A stretch of 64,000 nucleotides of DNA, from positions 8,026-72,025 of the forward strand of contig JBMOMR010000049.1 of assembly GCA_049324715.1 (NCBI GenBank), given 5' to 3'. Each line of letters begins with the position of its first letter. The stretch's first letter is position 1. The notes beneath the pieces are model-generated. The model saw only the letters and a program-made list of their open reading frames with translations, ran no database searches and had not been told where the DNA came from. This document shows, piece by piece, positions 9,032 through 18,529 of the stretch. This DNA comes from Chloroflexota bacterium (lineage in GTDB: Bacteria > Chloroflexota > Anaerolineae > Anaerolineales > Villigracilaceae). Made by a program: the position numbers and the translations under genes.

Positions 9032-9838
9032 TTGATCAGGAGAATTATGGATCTGGGTCTCAAAGATAAAATCGCCCTCGTCGCGGGTTCGTCCCGCGGA
9101 CTGGGCTATGCCACCGCTTCGGCGTTGGCGAAAGAAGGCTGCAAGGTTGCCATCAACGGGCGGGATGAATCCAAAATAAAAAGCGCGGCCGAGAAATTAA
9201 GCAAGGAAACTGGAGCGCATGTCATCGGGTTGGCAGGCGATGTCGGCTTGCGCGATGTGCCCGCTCAACTGGTCGCACAGACTGTGGAAGTATTTGGCGG
9301 GTTGGATATTCTCATCACCAACTCGGGCGGGCCGAAGCCTGGCACATTCGAATCGCACGACGAGGCCAACTGGCAGAACGCCATTGACCTGTCACTGATG
9401 AGCCACGTCCGCTTGATACGCGTGGCCCTGCCCCACCTCCGCAAATCGTCCGCTGCCAGCGTGTTGACGGTGACATCCTATTCCGTGAAGCAACCCATCC
9501 CCAATCTGGTATTGTCGAACAGCGTGCGCGCCGCCACGGTGGGACTGACCAAGTCCCTCGCGTTGGAACTTGGCACGGACGGAATTCGTTTCAATTCCAT
9601 CCTGCCAGGCTGGACGGAGACAGAACGCGTCACAGAGTTGATGACTGCCCGGGCAACCGCGAACCAGACCTCGGTCGAGGAAGAGACGCGCAAACAATCG
9701 GCGGAGAGTCCGCTTGGTAGAATGGGACATCCCGAAGAGTTCGCCAACGCGGCCGCGTTCCTCGTCTCGCCCGCCGCGTCGTACATCACAGGCGTCATGC
9801 TCAACGTGGATGGCGGCATGTACAAGGGTACGCTTTAA
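9032..9838 (+). CDS. SDR family oxidoreductase (3-oxoacyl-ACP reductase-like)
   Basis: Rossmann motif VAGSSRGLGYATA, catalytic region SYSVKQP, NVDGG tail; the true start is probably at 9047 (MDLGLKDK). Confidence 0.8.
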   Translation: MIRRIMDLGLKDKIALVAGSSRGLGYATASALAKEGCKVAINGRDESKIKSAAEKLSKETGAHVIGLAGDVGLRDVPAQLVAQTVEVFGGLDILITNSGGPKPGTFESHDEANWQNAIDLSLMSHVRLIRVALPHLRKSSAASVLTVTSYSVKQPIPNLVLSNSVRAATVGLTKSLALELGTDGIRFNSILPGWTETERVTELMTARATANQTSVEEETRKQSAESPLGRMGHPEEFANAAAFLVSPAASYITGVMLNVDGGMYKGTL

Positions 9839-9883
9839 TTTTCGGTTTAAAATTTCGAGCGAAGATTTAAGATTGGAGAATTT

Positions 9884-10069
9884 ATGAGCAAAACCATCTG
9901 CCTGAATTGCGAACGCACCGAGCACGAAACGCCCCTGCTGATGCTGACCTTTAAAGGCGAGGCGAAATTTATCTGTGCGCAATGCCTGCCCACGCTGATC
10001 CACAAACCACACCTGCTGGTGGAAAAACTGCCTGGGATGCAGATCACGCCCGCGAAACACGAGCATTAA
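9884..10069 (+). CDS. Small zinc-ribbon protein (CxxC...CxxC) immediately upstream of murJ
   Basis: GGAG sits 7 nt upstream of the ATG; CLNC...CAQC pair; 61 aa. Confidence 0.4.
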   Translation: MSKTICLNCERTEHETPLLMLTFKGEAKFICAQCLPTLIHKPHLLVEKLPGMQITPAKHEH

Positions 10070-10078
10070 ACGTACCCA

Positions 10079-11584
10079 ATGAACAAACTTTCCCGTGTCA
10101 GCAAAAACTCGCTTATCGTCGCGGCGTTCTTTTTCCTCGACAAGATCCTGGCCTTCGTGCGGACGGGCATCATCTCGCGCCAGTATTCCGATGAAGTGCA
10201 CATGCTGGATACGTTCCACGCGGCCAACAACCTGCCCGACGTGCTGTTCGCGCTCATTTCTGGCGGCGCGCTGGCGATGGCATTCATCCCGCTCCTCACC
10301 GAATACCTGACTACCAAAGACCGCGCCGCCGCCTGGGACTTATTCTCGCGCGTCGCCAACGTGGCCTTCCTCATCACCGGTTCCATCGCCGTCATTATCG
10401 CCATCTTCGCCGAGCCGATCGTCAACGCGGAGATCGGCATCGCGCCAGGCTTCGGCACGGAGCAACGCGCCCTGCTGGCCGAACTCATGCGTCTCAACCT
10501 CATCGGCACGATCATCTTCTCCATCAGCGGCCTGGTGATGGCGAGTTTGCAGGCCAACCAGCATTTCGTCCTGCCCGCGCTCGCGCCCGCCATGTACAAC
10601 ATTGGTCAGATCATCGGCGCGATTTTCTTCGTCCCGCGCTGGGGCATTCACGGACTCGTCTACGGCGTCATCCTCGGCGCGGCCATGCACCTGCTCATCC
10701 AAATTCCCGCGCTCTTCAAATTCGGATTCAGATGGACTCCATCCCTCGACATCCGCCACACGGGACTGATCGAAGCCCTCAGCCTGATGGCGCCTCGTCT
10801 GTTGACGATGGGCGGGATCCAACTCATTGTGCTGGCGCGCGACAACCTCGCTTCGCGCCTCGACCAGGTAGGGGCTGTCACCGCCCTCACCTCTGGCTGG
10901 ATGATCATGCAAGTCCCTGAGACGATCCTCGGGACGGCCATCGCCACCGCCATGCTCCCCACCCTCTCCGAGTTCGCGGCGCGCGGGAATTGGACCGCGT
11001 TTCGCGACACGATCGAGCGCGCCCTGCGGGTTTTGATCGCGCTGACAATTCCCGTCGCGGCGGTGATGGCCGCGGGCATCCATCCCCTCGTCCGCGTCAT
11101 CTTCGGCTTCGACGAGGCCACCTCCACCTTGCTCACGTGGACGGCGCGCGCCTACCTTCTCACGTTGACGGGATACACCATCCACGAGGTGGCGGCGCGG
11201 TCGTTCTACGCGCGCAAAGAGCCGATGTTCCCGCTCTACGCGGTGTTAATCCGCCTGGTCATTTTCCTCGGCATCGGCATCGTCGGTGTGACGTTGTTCC
11301 GTGAGATTGGCGCGCCCGTCATTGCCTTCGCGGAGATCGCGTTGCTCATCGAGGCCATCATCCTGTTCAAGTGGCTCTCGAATCGGACGCATGAACCCAT
11401 CCACGTGGGTAGTTCGGTGGTGCGCGGGCTGGTGGCAGCGCTCGTTGGCGGCGTGACCGCCTACGGTCTCGCGTGGGGCGTGCCGGGCGGGGCAGTCGTC
11501 ACCGCGTTGTTGGGAATGTCCGTGGGCGGGATCGTCGCCCTCGCCATCGTCTGGAAGGACGTCCGCCTGCTGTTGCATTTGTGA
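10079..11584 (+). CDS. murJ: Lipid II flippase MurJ
   Basis: About 14 TM helices; the N-terminal SLIVAAFFFLDKILAFVRTGIISRQY and overall sequence are MurJ/MviN-like. Confidence 0.85.
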   Translation: MNKLSRVSKNSLIVAAFFFLDKILAFVRTGIISRQYSDEVHMLDTFHAANNLPDVLFALISGGALAMAFIPLLTEYLTTKDRAAAWDLFSRVANVAFLITGSIAVIIAIFAEPIVNAEIGIAPGFGTEQRALLAELMRLNLIGTIIFSISGLVMASLQANQHFVLPALAPAMYNIGQIIGAIFFVPRWGIHGLVYGVILGAAMHLLIQIPALFKFGFRWTPSLDIRHTGLIEALSLMAPRLLTMGGIQLIVLARDNLASRLDQVGAVTALTSGWMIMQVPETILGTAIATAMLPTLSEFAARGNWTAFRDTIERALRVLIALTIPVAAVMAAGIHPLVRVIFGFDEATSTLLTWTARAYLLTLTGYTIHEVAARSFYARKEPMFPLYAVLIRLVIFLGIGIVGVTLFREIGAPVIAFAEIALLIEAIILFKWLSNRTHEPIHVGSSVVRGLVAALVGGVTAYGLAWGVPGGAVVTALLGMSVGGIVALAIVWKDVRLLLHL

Positions 11585-11647
11585 AATTAGAATGAGAAAC
11601 CAGGCTTCTTAAAGAAACCTGGTTTCTCCCGGAGTATAATTGTCCCC

Positions 11648-12631
11648 ATGTCTGATCCAATCCTTGAAACGACCCAAGAGAGCCAACCGGCTCGCAAAAA
11701 GAAATTTCGCGCGAACTGGCGCGGCTTCCTGCTCGGCGCGCTGGCGCTGATCGTTATCGTCGGCCTTGGCGCGTTCGGCGGATACCAGCAAGCCATCGGT
11801 GACCGCGTGCAGGCCCAGTCTGAAGTGATTTCCCAGCAGTTGACCGAGCAATACGCGCTGGCCCTGCTGGACATTGCCGCGGGGCGCTATGGCCCGGCGC
11901 AGGAACGCCTGAAATTCATTATCGAGCACAACCCGTCCTTCCCCGAGGCAAGCCAGAAACTGGCCGAGGTGATGGTGATGGCGGCCATCCCTACCGCCAC
12001 TCCCCTGCCCACTGTGACTCCCACCCCCGACCTGAGCGGCGTGGAGGAGATTTACCAGCGCGCCCTGCAGGCCAGCAACAGCCTGGACTGGCCGAACGCG
12101 CTTGCCAACCTGGATACCCTGCGCCGCAAGGACCCGACCTACCGCACTGCCGAAGTGGACGGGATGTACTATTTCGCGCTCCGCAATTACGGCTATGACC
12201 TGATCATCAAGCAGGGCAATCTGGAAGGCGGCATCTATCAACTGACGCTGGCCGAACGCTTCGGTCCGCTGGACAGCCAGGCCAATGGTTTGCGCGAGGG
12301 GGCGCGGCTGTATGTGCTGGGCGCCAGTTTCTGGGACCTGGACTGGAAGAACGCGGTCTTCTATTTCTATCAGTTATACACTGGCTGGCCTTCCCTTTGG
12401 GACGGCACCATGACCGCCAGCGAACGGTTCCGCGTGGCCTCCATGCGTTACGGCGACGAACTCTTCGCACTGGAACAATGGTGTCCCGCGTACGAACAAT
12501 ACCAGAACGCCCAAAAGATCGGCAACCTGGATCCGACCAGTGAGAAGAATGCCTACATCGCCATGATGAAGTGCCTGCCGCCCGCGCCAATCATCCCCAC
12601 GGAACTGCCGACGGAACTTCCCACTCCCTAG
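11648..12631 (+). CDS. Hypothetical single-TM protein with TP-rich linker
   Basis: N-terminal TM helix, helical repeat-like body, PTELPTELPTP tail. Confidence 0.5.
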   Translation: MSDPILETTQESQPARKKKFRANWRGFLLGALALIVIVGLGAFGGYQQAIGDRVQAQSEVISQQLTEQYALALLDIAAGRYGPAQERLKFIIEHNPSFPEASQKLAEVMVMAAIPTATPLPTVTPTPDLSGVEEIYQRALQASNSLDWPNALANLDTLRRKDPTYRTAEVDGMYYFALRNYGYDLIIKQGNLEGGIYQLTLAERFGPLDSQANGLREGARLYVLGASFWDLDWKNAVFYFYQLYTGWPSLWDGTMTASERFRVASMRYGDELFALEQWCPAYEQYQNAQKIGNLDPTSEKNAYIAMMKCLPPAPIIPTELPTELPTP

Positions 12632-12634
12632 CAC

Positions 12635-13144
12635 ATGGACACTCCCCCCATCTGGGCGCTGACTCTGGTCTATTGGTTGCACATGCTGGCCACTGTGGCG
12701 TGGATCGGGGGGATCGTTTCCATTTCCATCCTCGTCCTGCCCGCGGCGCACAAGAGCCTGAAACCTGCCGACCTGCTGGCTTTTATCGAGGCCATCCAAA
12801 AACGGCTGGAACCGCTGGCCTGGTTCAGTCTCGGCCTGTTGATTGCAACAGGACTCTTCCAACTCAGCGCCAATTCACACTACAACGGTTTCTTCGATGT
12901 CAGCACGCAGTGGTCACTGGCGATCCTCATCAAACACGGACTGGTTGTGGTGATGGTGGTCGTCAGCGCGGTGCAGACGTGGGAGGTGCTTCCCGCCATC
13001 CGCCGCACGCTGATGCGACGCGACAAGGGCGCGAGCGAAGAGGAGATCGTCAAGTTGCAAACGCGCGAAGAGCGCCTGTTGCGGATGAACTTCATCCTCT
13101 CCATTTTGATCCTCGGCGCGACGGCGTTGGCAAGGGCGGCATAA
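12635..13144 (+). CDS. Hypothetical four-TM membrane protein (CopD-like topology)
   Basis: Four hydrophobic helices; no firm family assignment. Confidence 0.45.
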   Translation: MDTPPIWALTLVYWLHMLATVAWIGGIVSISILVLPAAHKSLKPADLLAFIEAIQKRLEPLAWFSLGLLIATGLFQLSANSHYNGFFDVSTQWSLAILIKHGLVVVMVVVSAVQTWEVLPAIRRTLMRRDKGASEEEIVKLQTREERLLRMNFILSILILGATALARAA

Positions 13145-13149
13145 CAGGT

Positions 13150-13192
13150 ACACACCAAAAACGAGACTCGCAGTGAGTCTCGTTTTTTCGTT
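13150..13192. terminator. Bidirectional rho-independent terminator
   Basis: ACGAGACTC-GCAGT-GAGTCTCGT followed by TTTTTTCGTTTT, sitting between convergent genes. Confidence 0.8.
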
Positions 13193-13206
13193 TTACGAAT
13201 TGCGTT

Positions 13207-14559
13207 TTACAACTTTATCACTTGCTGCGCAGGAGAACCCGCCAGGTCATACACCATTGCGCCCGTGATCCTCACTGGCACGATCTCCCCCACCTTCAAC
13301 TCATTCTCCACAAAGACCATGCCGTCAATTTCGGGCGCGTCGCGATAGGAACGTCCAACGGAGACGCCGTCGTTGTAGCCCTCGATGAGGACGTCCAACG
13401 TCCTGCCGACGTAGGATTGATTCACCTGCAAGGACACTCCCTGCTGGATCTCCATGAACCGTTCGTATCGTTCCTGCTTGACCTCGGGCGGGACCGGGTC
13501 TCCGAGAGGCTCGGAACTCGTCCCCGGCTCGAACGAGAATTGGAACGCGCCCGCGCGGTCAAAGCGGACCTCGCGCAGGAACTCTTCCAACGCGCGGAAC
13601 TCTTCCTCCGTCTCACCCGGGTAGCCGACAATGAACGTACTGCGGATGGCAATATCGGGCACCTTGGCACGCATTTTCTCGAGGGTCTTGTGCACCCACT
13701 CCATATTGGAGGGACGCTTCATGCGGTACAACGTCTTCGGATCCGCGTGCTGGAGAGGCATATCCAGATAATGCAGGATCTGTTTGGACGAGGACATCAC
13801 GTCGATCAGGCGGTCGGTCACGTAGCCAGGATACGCGTACATGACGCGGATCCAATCCAGATCGGGGACCGAAGTGGTGAGATTTTCCAGCAAAACGGCC
13901 AGCCCGTCCTTCATCCCCAGGTCATGACCGTAATCTGTCGTGTCCTGCGCGAGCAGGATCAGCTCGCGCACGCCCGCGTCGCGCAGACGACGCGCCTCGT
14001 CGAGGATGGTCTCCATCGGACGCGAGACGGCCGTCCCTTTGATGAGCGGGATGGCGCAGAACGCGCAGGGACGGCGGCACCCGTCCGCCACCTTGAGATA
14101 GGCCGCGGCGCCGAACACGTTCGCTCGGACGGTATCTGCCTCATCGGTCCCGACGGTGGCGGCCTCGGGCAGGTGATACAGCGGCTGGGGATGAGACGTC
14201 TTCCGCAAGTCACGCACCACCTGCAGGATGTCCATCCAGCGACGTGTGCCGAGGATCCCATCCACACCGGGGACTTGTTTCGCGACGTCCATGCCGTAGC
14301 GCTGGGTGAGGCATCCCGCCGCGATCAACACCTGACCGTTGCGTTTTGATTTTGCCAGTTTGCGTAATTCGCGAATGGATTCGTCGCGCGCCGAGCCGAT
14401 GAAGCCGCACGTGTTGACGATCAACACGCTGGCATGCGAGGGTTTCTCCACAGACTGATACCCGTCGCGGACGAGCAATTGCGCCATCGAATCAGAGTCG
14501 ACCGTATTTTTCGAGCAGCCTAAAGAGACCAGATGAAATGTGTTTTTTATTTTTGTCAT
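13207..14559 (-). CDS. rimO: Ribosomal protein S12 methylthiotransferase RimO
   Basis: N-terminal VSLGCSKNTVDSD, radical-SAM CxxxCxxC (CAFCAIP) and a C-terminal TRAM domain over 450 aa. Confidence 0.8.
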   Translation of the reverse strand: MTKIKNTFHLVSLGCSKNTVDSDSMAQLLVRDGYQSVEKPSHASVLIVNTCGFIGSARDESIRELRKLAKSKRNGQVLIAAGCLTQRYGMDVAKQVPGVDGILGTRRWMDILQVVRDLRKTSHPQPLYHLPEAATVGTDEADTVRANVFGAAAYLKVADGCRRPCAFCAIPLIKGTAVSRPMETILDEARRLRDAGVRELILLAQDTTDYGHDLGMKDGLAVLLENLTTSVPDLDWIRVMYAYPGYVTDRLIDVMSSSKQILHYLDMPLQHADPKTLYRMKRPSNMEWVHKTLEKMRAKVPDIAIRSTFIVGYPGETEEEFRALEEFLREVRFDRAGAFQFSFEPGTSSEPLGDPVPPEVKQERYERFMEIQQGVSLQVNQSYVGRTLDVLIEGYNDGVSVGRSYRDAPEIDGMVFVENELKVGEIVPVRITGAMVYDLAGSPAQQVIKL

Positions 14560-14574
14560 AACGTTAAATCCAAT

Positions 14575-15531
14575 TTAAGGAGCGGGAGTACGCGTGGGAG
14601 TCGCGGTCGGTGTGGGCGTTAACGTGAGGGTGGGCGTGGGCGAGATCGTGGGCGTGGGGCCAATGGTGGCCGTCGGCGTGATGACACCTTCGGCACGATA
14701 GATCAGGTTGACGTTTTCACCGTACCGACCCAGCAGACCCATGTCACGCTGGTTGTAGGTCAATCGCAGGGCCGCGCCGTTGCCCGCCAGAATTTCGATC
14801 TCGGTCGCCGCCTCGAAGGGATAGGCCGTGCCCGGGGTGACGCGCCCATCGAACACCACCTCGCCGTCCACGGTCACGCGCAGGTACGTCCGCTCGTTGG
14901 CGATGATGTTGATCTGCACGTTCACGCCCTCAGGAATCGTCGGCAGGCCAACAGGCGTTTCGAACGCGGCCAGGGTGGCGGTCACATTTCCCAGATCGAG
15001 CAATACGGAGGTCGGGGCGGCTGTGCCGAGAGGCGCAAGCGACGGCTCCAGCAGGATATCGATCATCGGCAGCGCGGTGGCCTTGGCCTCGGCGCTCGTC
15101 TTGATCACGTGTTGCACGCCCCAAACGGAAAACACCACGATCGCCAGCACCAATCCGATAGCGGCCAGGTCGGCGACCATGAACCCGCGCAAGGGCGGAA
15201 CGCTGGCGGGCGCGCTCGGCGCGGGACGTCCGCGCGCGCCGGGCGGCAGGGGATGCCGCTCGCGATGCCGCACCTGCAACACGTCCGCAAAGTTCAACAG
15301 CAGGGCGTCCACGTCCAGGTCGAGGAACGTGGCGTAATTGCTCAACATGCCGCGTGTCTGCACGGCGGAGGGCAGGCCGTCAAAATCGCCCCGTTCCAGC
15401 GCCAGCAAATAATGGGCGCGCAAATGGATGTGGCGTTCGATCTCCTCGCGCGTCAGGTTGAGCGTTTCGCGGCGCTCGCGTAATTGCGCGCCGATGGCGG
15501 CGAACATCTCATCGGAGGAACGGGCGCGCAA
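14575..15531 (-). CDS. RodZ-like protein (XRE-type HTH, then a TM helix, then DUF4115), ending in a TPTPT tail
   Basis: HTH in LTREEIERHIHLRAHYLLALERGDFDGLP, one TM helix, and a C-terminal beta domain with the ERTYLRVTVDGEVVFDGRV pattern. Confidence 0.7.
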   Translation of the reverse strand: MRARSSDEMFAAIGAQLRERRETLNLTREEIERHIHLRAHYLLALERGDFDGLPSAVQTRGMLSNYATFLDLDVDALLLNFADVLQVRHRERHPLPPGARGRPAPSAPASVPPLRGFMVADLAAIGLVLAIVVFSVWGVQHVIKTSAEAKATALPMIDILLEPSLAPLGTAAPTSVLLDLGNVTATLAAFETPVGLPTIPEGVNVQINIIANERTYLRVTVDGEVVFDGRVTPGTAYPFEAATEIEILAGNGAALRLTYNQRDMGLLGRYGENVNLIYRAEGVITPTATIGPTPTISPTPTLTLTPTPTATPTRTPAP

Positions 15532-15761
15532 ATTGTCTGCAACTGGATCGGACTCGACCTGCGGACTGGGCGACTCGTCCCCCTCTGGAATCGACTCCGA
15601 TTCCGCCTCTTCCCTGACCTCGTCCTGCCGCGGCTTCGAGGCGCGTCTCCCCGCCCCCGCGAACAGACGCGTCCATCCGCTCGGACGAGGCTCGTCCGCT
15701 TCGACAATTTCCTTCGGTTGTGTGACTTCGATTTCGGGGGGAGATTCAACCCGCGGCGCGG

Positions 15762-16433
15762 CTATCGGCGTTTCTTCGACTGCCTGGCTTTCGGGGAGAC
15801 TTTTTTTTTATCTTCGCTCTTCGCGGTAGATTTCGCGGCCGCTTTCGGTTTGGTCGTCTTCGGCTTGGAAGTCTTCGCGGCGGACGCGGATTTTTTCTTC
15901 GAGGAGGACGCGTCTGTTTTTCGAATGAGCGTAGGCGCGGACTCTATCTCGGGGGTGACGACAGATGTCTCGTCCACCGCAGGTTCGGGGACAGATTCCT
16001 GCACGGTGGCAGGCTCGGGCGCAGATTCGGATTCGGCGGCAGGTTCTTCGGGGACGGATCGTCTCAGCAGGCGCGCCCAAAACGGACGTCGGACCGGCTT
16101 CTCGTCCGCAGGTGACGCGGGTGGAGTCTCCTGCGCGGTGACCGACGCGGAAGGCGGTGTCACTTCCACGGGCGCGGAGACCGCGGGGGACGATTCCACC
16201 AAATCCCCATCACTCAGTTCCTTCATGGCGGCTTCGAGATCGAGGCCGAGATAATCGGCATAGAGACGCAGAAAACCGCGGCTCTGTGCGGCGGAGGACA
16301 TGACCGAATAGTTATCCGATTCGAGCGCCTGCAAATAATGGGCGCGGACGCGGGTGGCTTCTGCGGCCTTGTCGAGACTGATCTGACGCGATGTGCGGAG
16401 TTTCTTAAGGCGTTGTCCGATGGTTTCTTGCAT
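15762..16433 (-). CDS. RodZ-like HTH protein paralog with a Lys/Ala/Pro-rich disordered tail
   Basis: HTH in ISLDKAAEATRVRAHYLQALESDNY...RGFLRLYADYLGLD; C-terminus KKKSASAAKTSKPKTTKPKAAAK. Confidence 0.6.
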   Translation of the reverse strand: MQETIGQRLKKLRTSRQISLDKAAEATRVRAHYLQALESDNYSVMSSAAQSRGFLRLYADYLGLDLEAAMKELSDGDLVESSPAVSAPVEVTPPSASVTAQETPPASPADEKPVRRPFWARLLRRSVPEEPAAESESAPEPATVQESVPEPAVDETSVVTPEIESAPTLIRKTDASSSKKKSASAAKTSKPKTTKPKAAAKSTAKSEDKKKVSPKARQSKKRR

Positions 16434-16499
16434 GGCAAAAGTTTACCACAATCAGAGAGAAACCCGTTTTCTTCGAAGAAAACGGGTTTCTGGCTTTGG

Positions 16500-17063
16500 T
16501 TATTCAGCGGGTGTTTCGGGAGCGGCTTCGGCCTGTTCTTCAGCGGGAGCCTCGGCCTCGGCTTTGGGTTTGGCCTTTTTGGCTTTGGCCTTCGGCTTCT
16601 CTTCCTCTTCCGCCTCTTCGCCTTCGCGGTGGACGGTGATCTTGATCTCGGGGACGAGGTCCATCGTCAGGCGGATGTGGGCAGTGTAGTCGCCGACCTC
16701 GCGGATGGGTTGCATATCCACCTGCTGGCGTTTGACCTCGAAGCGGACCTTTTCGGTCAGGGCGGTGGCCACATCCTGCGTGGTGATCGAGCCGTACAAT
16801 TTGCCCGTCTCACCAGCTTTGACGACGAATTCCAACGCAACACCGTTGATCTGGTCGGAGAGGCCTTTGAGTTCCTCGTTCAGCGAAGCGCGGCGGATTT
16901 CTGCCTGGCCCTTGATGCGCTCGATTTGTTTCAACGCGCCCGCGGTGGCTAGCACGGCCAGTCCCTGCGGGATGAGGAAGTTGCGGCCGTAGCCATCGGC
17001 GACCTTTTTGACATCGCCAGCGCGGCCCAGTTTGTAAACGTCCTTGATGAGCATGACTTTCAT
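16500..17063 (-). CDS. rplI: 50S ribosomal protein L9 with an acidic/Lys-rich C-terminal extension
   Basis: MKVMLIKDVYKLGRAGDVKKVADGYGRNFLIPQGLA is the L9 N-domain signature. Confidence 0.85.
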   Translation of the reverse strand: MKVMLIKDVYKLGRAGDVKKVADGYGRNFLIPQGLAVLATAGALKQIERIKGQAEIRRASLNEELKGLSDQINGVALEFVVKAGETGKLYGSITTQDVATALTEKVRFEVKRQQVDMQPIREVGDYTAHIRLTMDLVPEIKITVHREGEEAEEEEKPKAKAKKAKPKAEAEAPAEEQAEAAPETPAE

Positions 17064-17183
17064 TTTGAATCAAGCCCTTTCTTTGGAAAATGTCAGGGCG
17101 AAGGGTACCACGCCCTGCGGCGGCAGATTGTACCAGAGGATGTGCGTCTTGCCAATTGGAAACAGGCGGGGTAAGATAACCGT

Positions 17184-17564
17184 ATGGACAAATTCTCCAT
17201 CAACTGGCGGCGGGTTGGCGTGTTCGTGGGGATCGCGGCTCTTTCTCTGATCGTCATCGAATTCAACGCCCGCCTCGAAGAACTGAACCGACTGACGGAG
17301 GAGGCCGAAACCTACCGCGTCGAGGCCACCCAGGCCATGCAAACGCAGATCGCATTGCAGACACAAGTGGCCTACGCGACCTCCGAAGCGGCGGTAGAGG
17401 ATTACGCCCGCGGCGACAACCACATGGTCGAGGAGGGAGACATTCCCGGTGTGCCGTATGGAAGCGGGAACGGCGCGCCTCTTCCCACGGCCACGCCCAT
17501 GCCCACGGCCACACCCATGCCAAACTGGCAGGTCTGGTGGGATCTATTCTTTGGCGAACGATAG
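17184..17564 (+). CDS. Septum formation initiator (FtsB/DivIC-like) protein
   Basis: Single TM helix plus a coiled coil (EELNRLTEEAETYRVEATQ) and a Pro/Thr tail. Confidence 0.55.
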   Translation: MDKFSINWRRVGVFVGIAALSLIVIEFNARLEELNRLTEEAETYRVEATQAMQTQIALQTQVAYATSEAAVEDYARGDNHMVEEGDIPGVPYGSGNGAPLPTATPMPTATPMPNWQVWWDLFFGER

Positions 17565-17645
17565 CAGGTCACGCCTGCAAAACAAGGTCATCAGGTACAC
17601 GCCCCGCCCCCTGCCGAATACCCGCAAACAGGACAACTTAAGTTG

Positions 17646-17682
17646 AGAAGGCCGTCGTAATCGAGACGGCCTTTTTTACATG
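17646..17682 (+). terminator. Rho-independent terminator
   Basis: AAGGCCGTC-GTAATCGA-GACGGCCTT followed by TTTTT. Confidence 0.75.
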
Positions 17683-17851
17683 CGGGACATTTTTGACCAG
17701 GACGCGGTGCGCGGCAAACGATAGTTTTTCGAGCCTTCCGCTTCGCCGCGGGACGGGAGGACGGTTTCCCGTTTCGATCAGGTGTGGACTTGCGTTTGAC
17801 TGCCATTTCAGTGAATAGACGCGGCCTGCAACCAAAGATTTACCGCGTCGA

Positions 17852-18529
17852 TCATCCTAAACCAACCAGCCGCGACAACCCATCGTGGTCGGTGAGCACG
17901 AATTCAGTGCGGGTGACTTCGATCAGTTTCTTATCCGAGAAATTATATAACGCGCGGCAGACCATCTCGCGCGTCGAGCCGACGCGGGCGGCCATTTCAT
18001 CCAGCGTCAGGTTGCGCGAAATGGACGAGTCACCTGCCTGTTTGAAATGATCGAGCAGGAGGCGGGCGAGACGTCCAGCCACGGGCTGGAAGGCCAGACC
18101 CTCCACGAGGTCGCTGGCGCGCTGCATCCTTTCGGCCATCAGGCGGCTGAGTTCCCAGGATGCTTTTCCATTGCGGAGCAGGATCGGCAGGATGGTGGCG
18201 CGTGACCAAAGGTAAAGGTGACAATCCTCGCGCACTTCCAACGAAACGGGCATGGGCGCGTCCTCGTGGAAAAATGCCAATCCCCAGAAAACCTCCCCGC
18301 GCCCAAAATGACCCACGTGCAAGTTGCGTCCTTCCGAAGATTCTTTGATCGCCTCGATCACCCCGTCTGCAATCAACAACAAATACGGCCAGATGTCACC
18401 AAACAAAACCACCTTCTCCCCCTTTTGATAGTGATGCAAAGAGGCCGCCTGCTCCACCTGTTTCAAGTCCGATGGAGCGATAATTTGAAAGATGGGGTTC
18501 TCAGTCAGTAAGGTGGATAGTTCGCTCAT
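17852..18529 (-). CDS. Crp/Fnr family transcriptional regulator
   Basis: cNMP-binding beta-roll plus a C-terminal HTH (TLDEMAARVGSTREMVCRALYNF). Confidence 0.8.
   Translation of the reverse strand: MSELSTLLTENPIFQIIAPSDLKQVEQAASLHHYQKGEKVVLFGDIWPYLLLIADGVIEAIKESSEGRNLHVGHFGRGEVFWGLAFFHEDAPMPVSLEVREDCHLYLWSRATILPILLRNGKASWELSRLMAERMQRASDLVEGLAFQPVAGRLARLLLDHFKQAGDSSISRNLTLDEMAARVGSTREMVCRALYNFSDKKLIEVTRTEFVLTDHDGLSRLVGLG

Noticed and set aside
10340-11185. 281-aa - strand ORF, and other ORFs inside murJ
   Set aside because: These are shadow ORFs inside the well-supported murJ gene.
15801-15811. T9/A9 homopolymer as a CRISPR or phase-variation signal
   Set aside because: It lies inside a coding region encoding a KKK run. 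There is no repeat-spacer structure. It is only noted as a possible slippery tract within the RodZ-like finding.
17591-17806. 71-aa - strand ORF with two CPxC motifs (zinc-ribbon-like)
   Set aside because: The rho-independent terminator hairpin of the + strand ftsB-like gene (17646-17682) lies inside it. There is no SD before its ATG. It is probably a chance ORF, though a small Zn-ribbon protein cannot be fully excluded.
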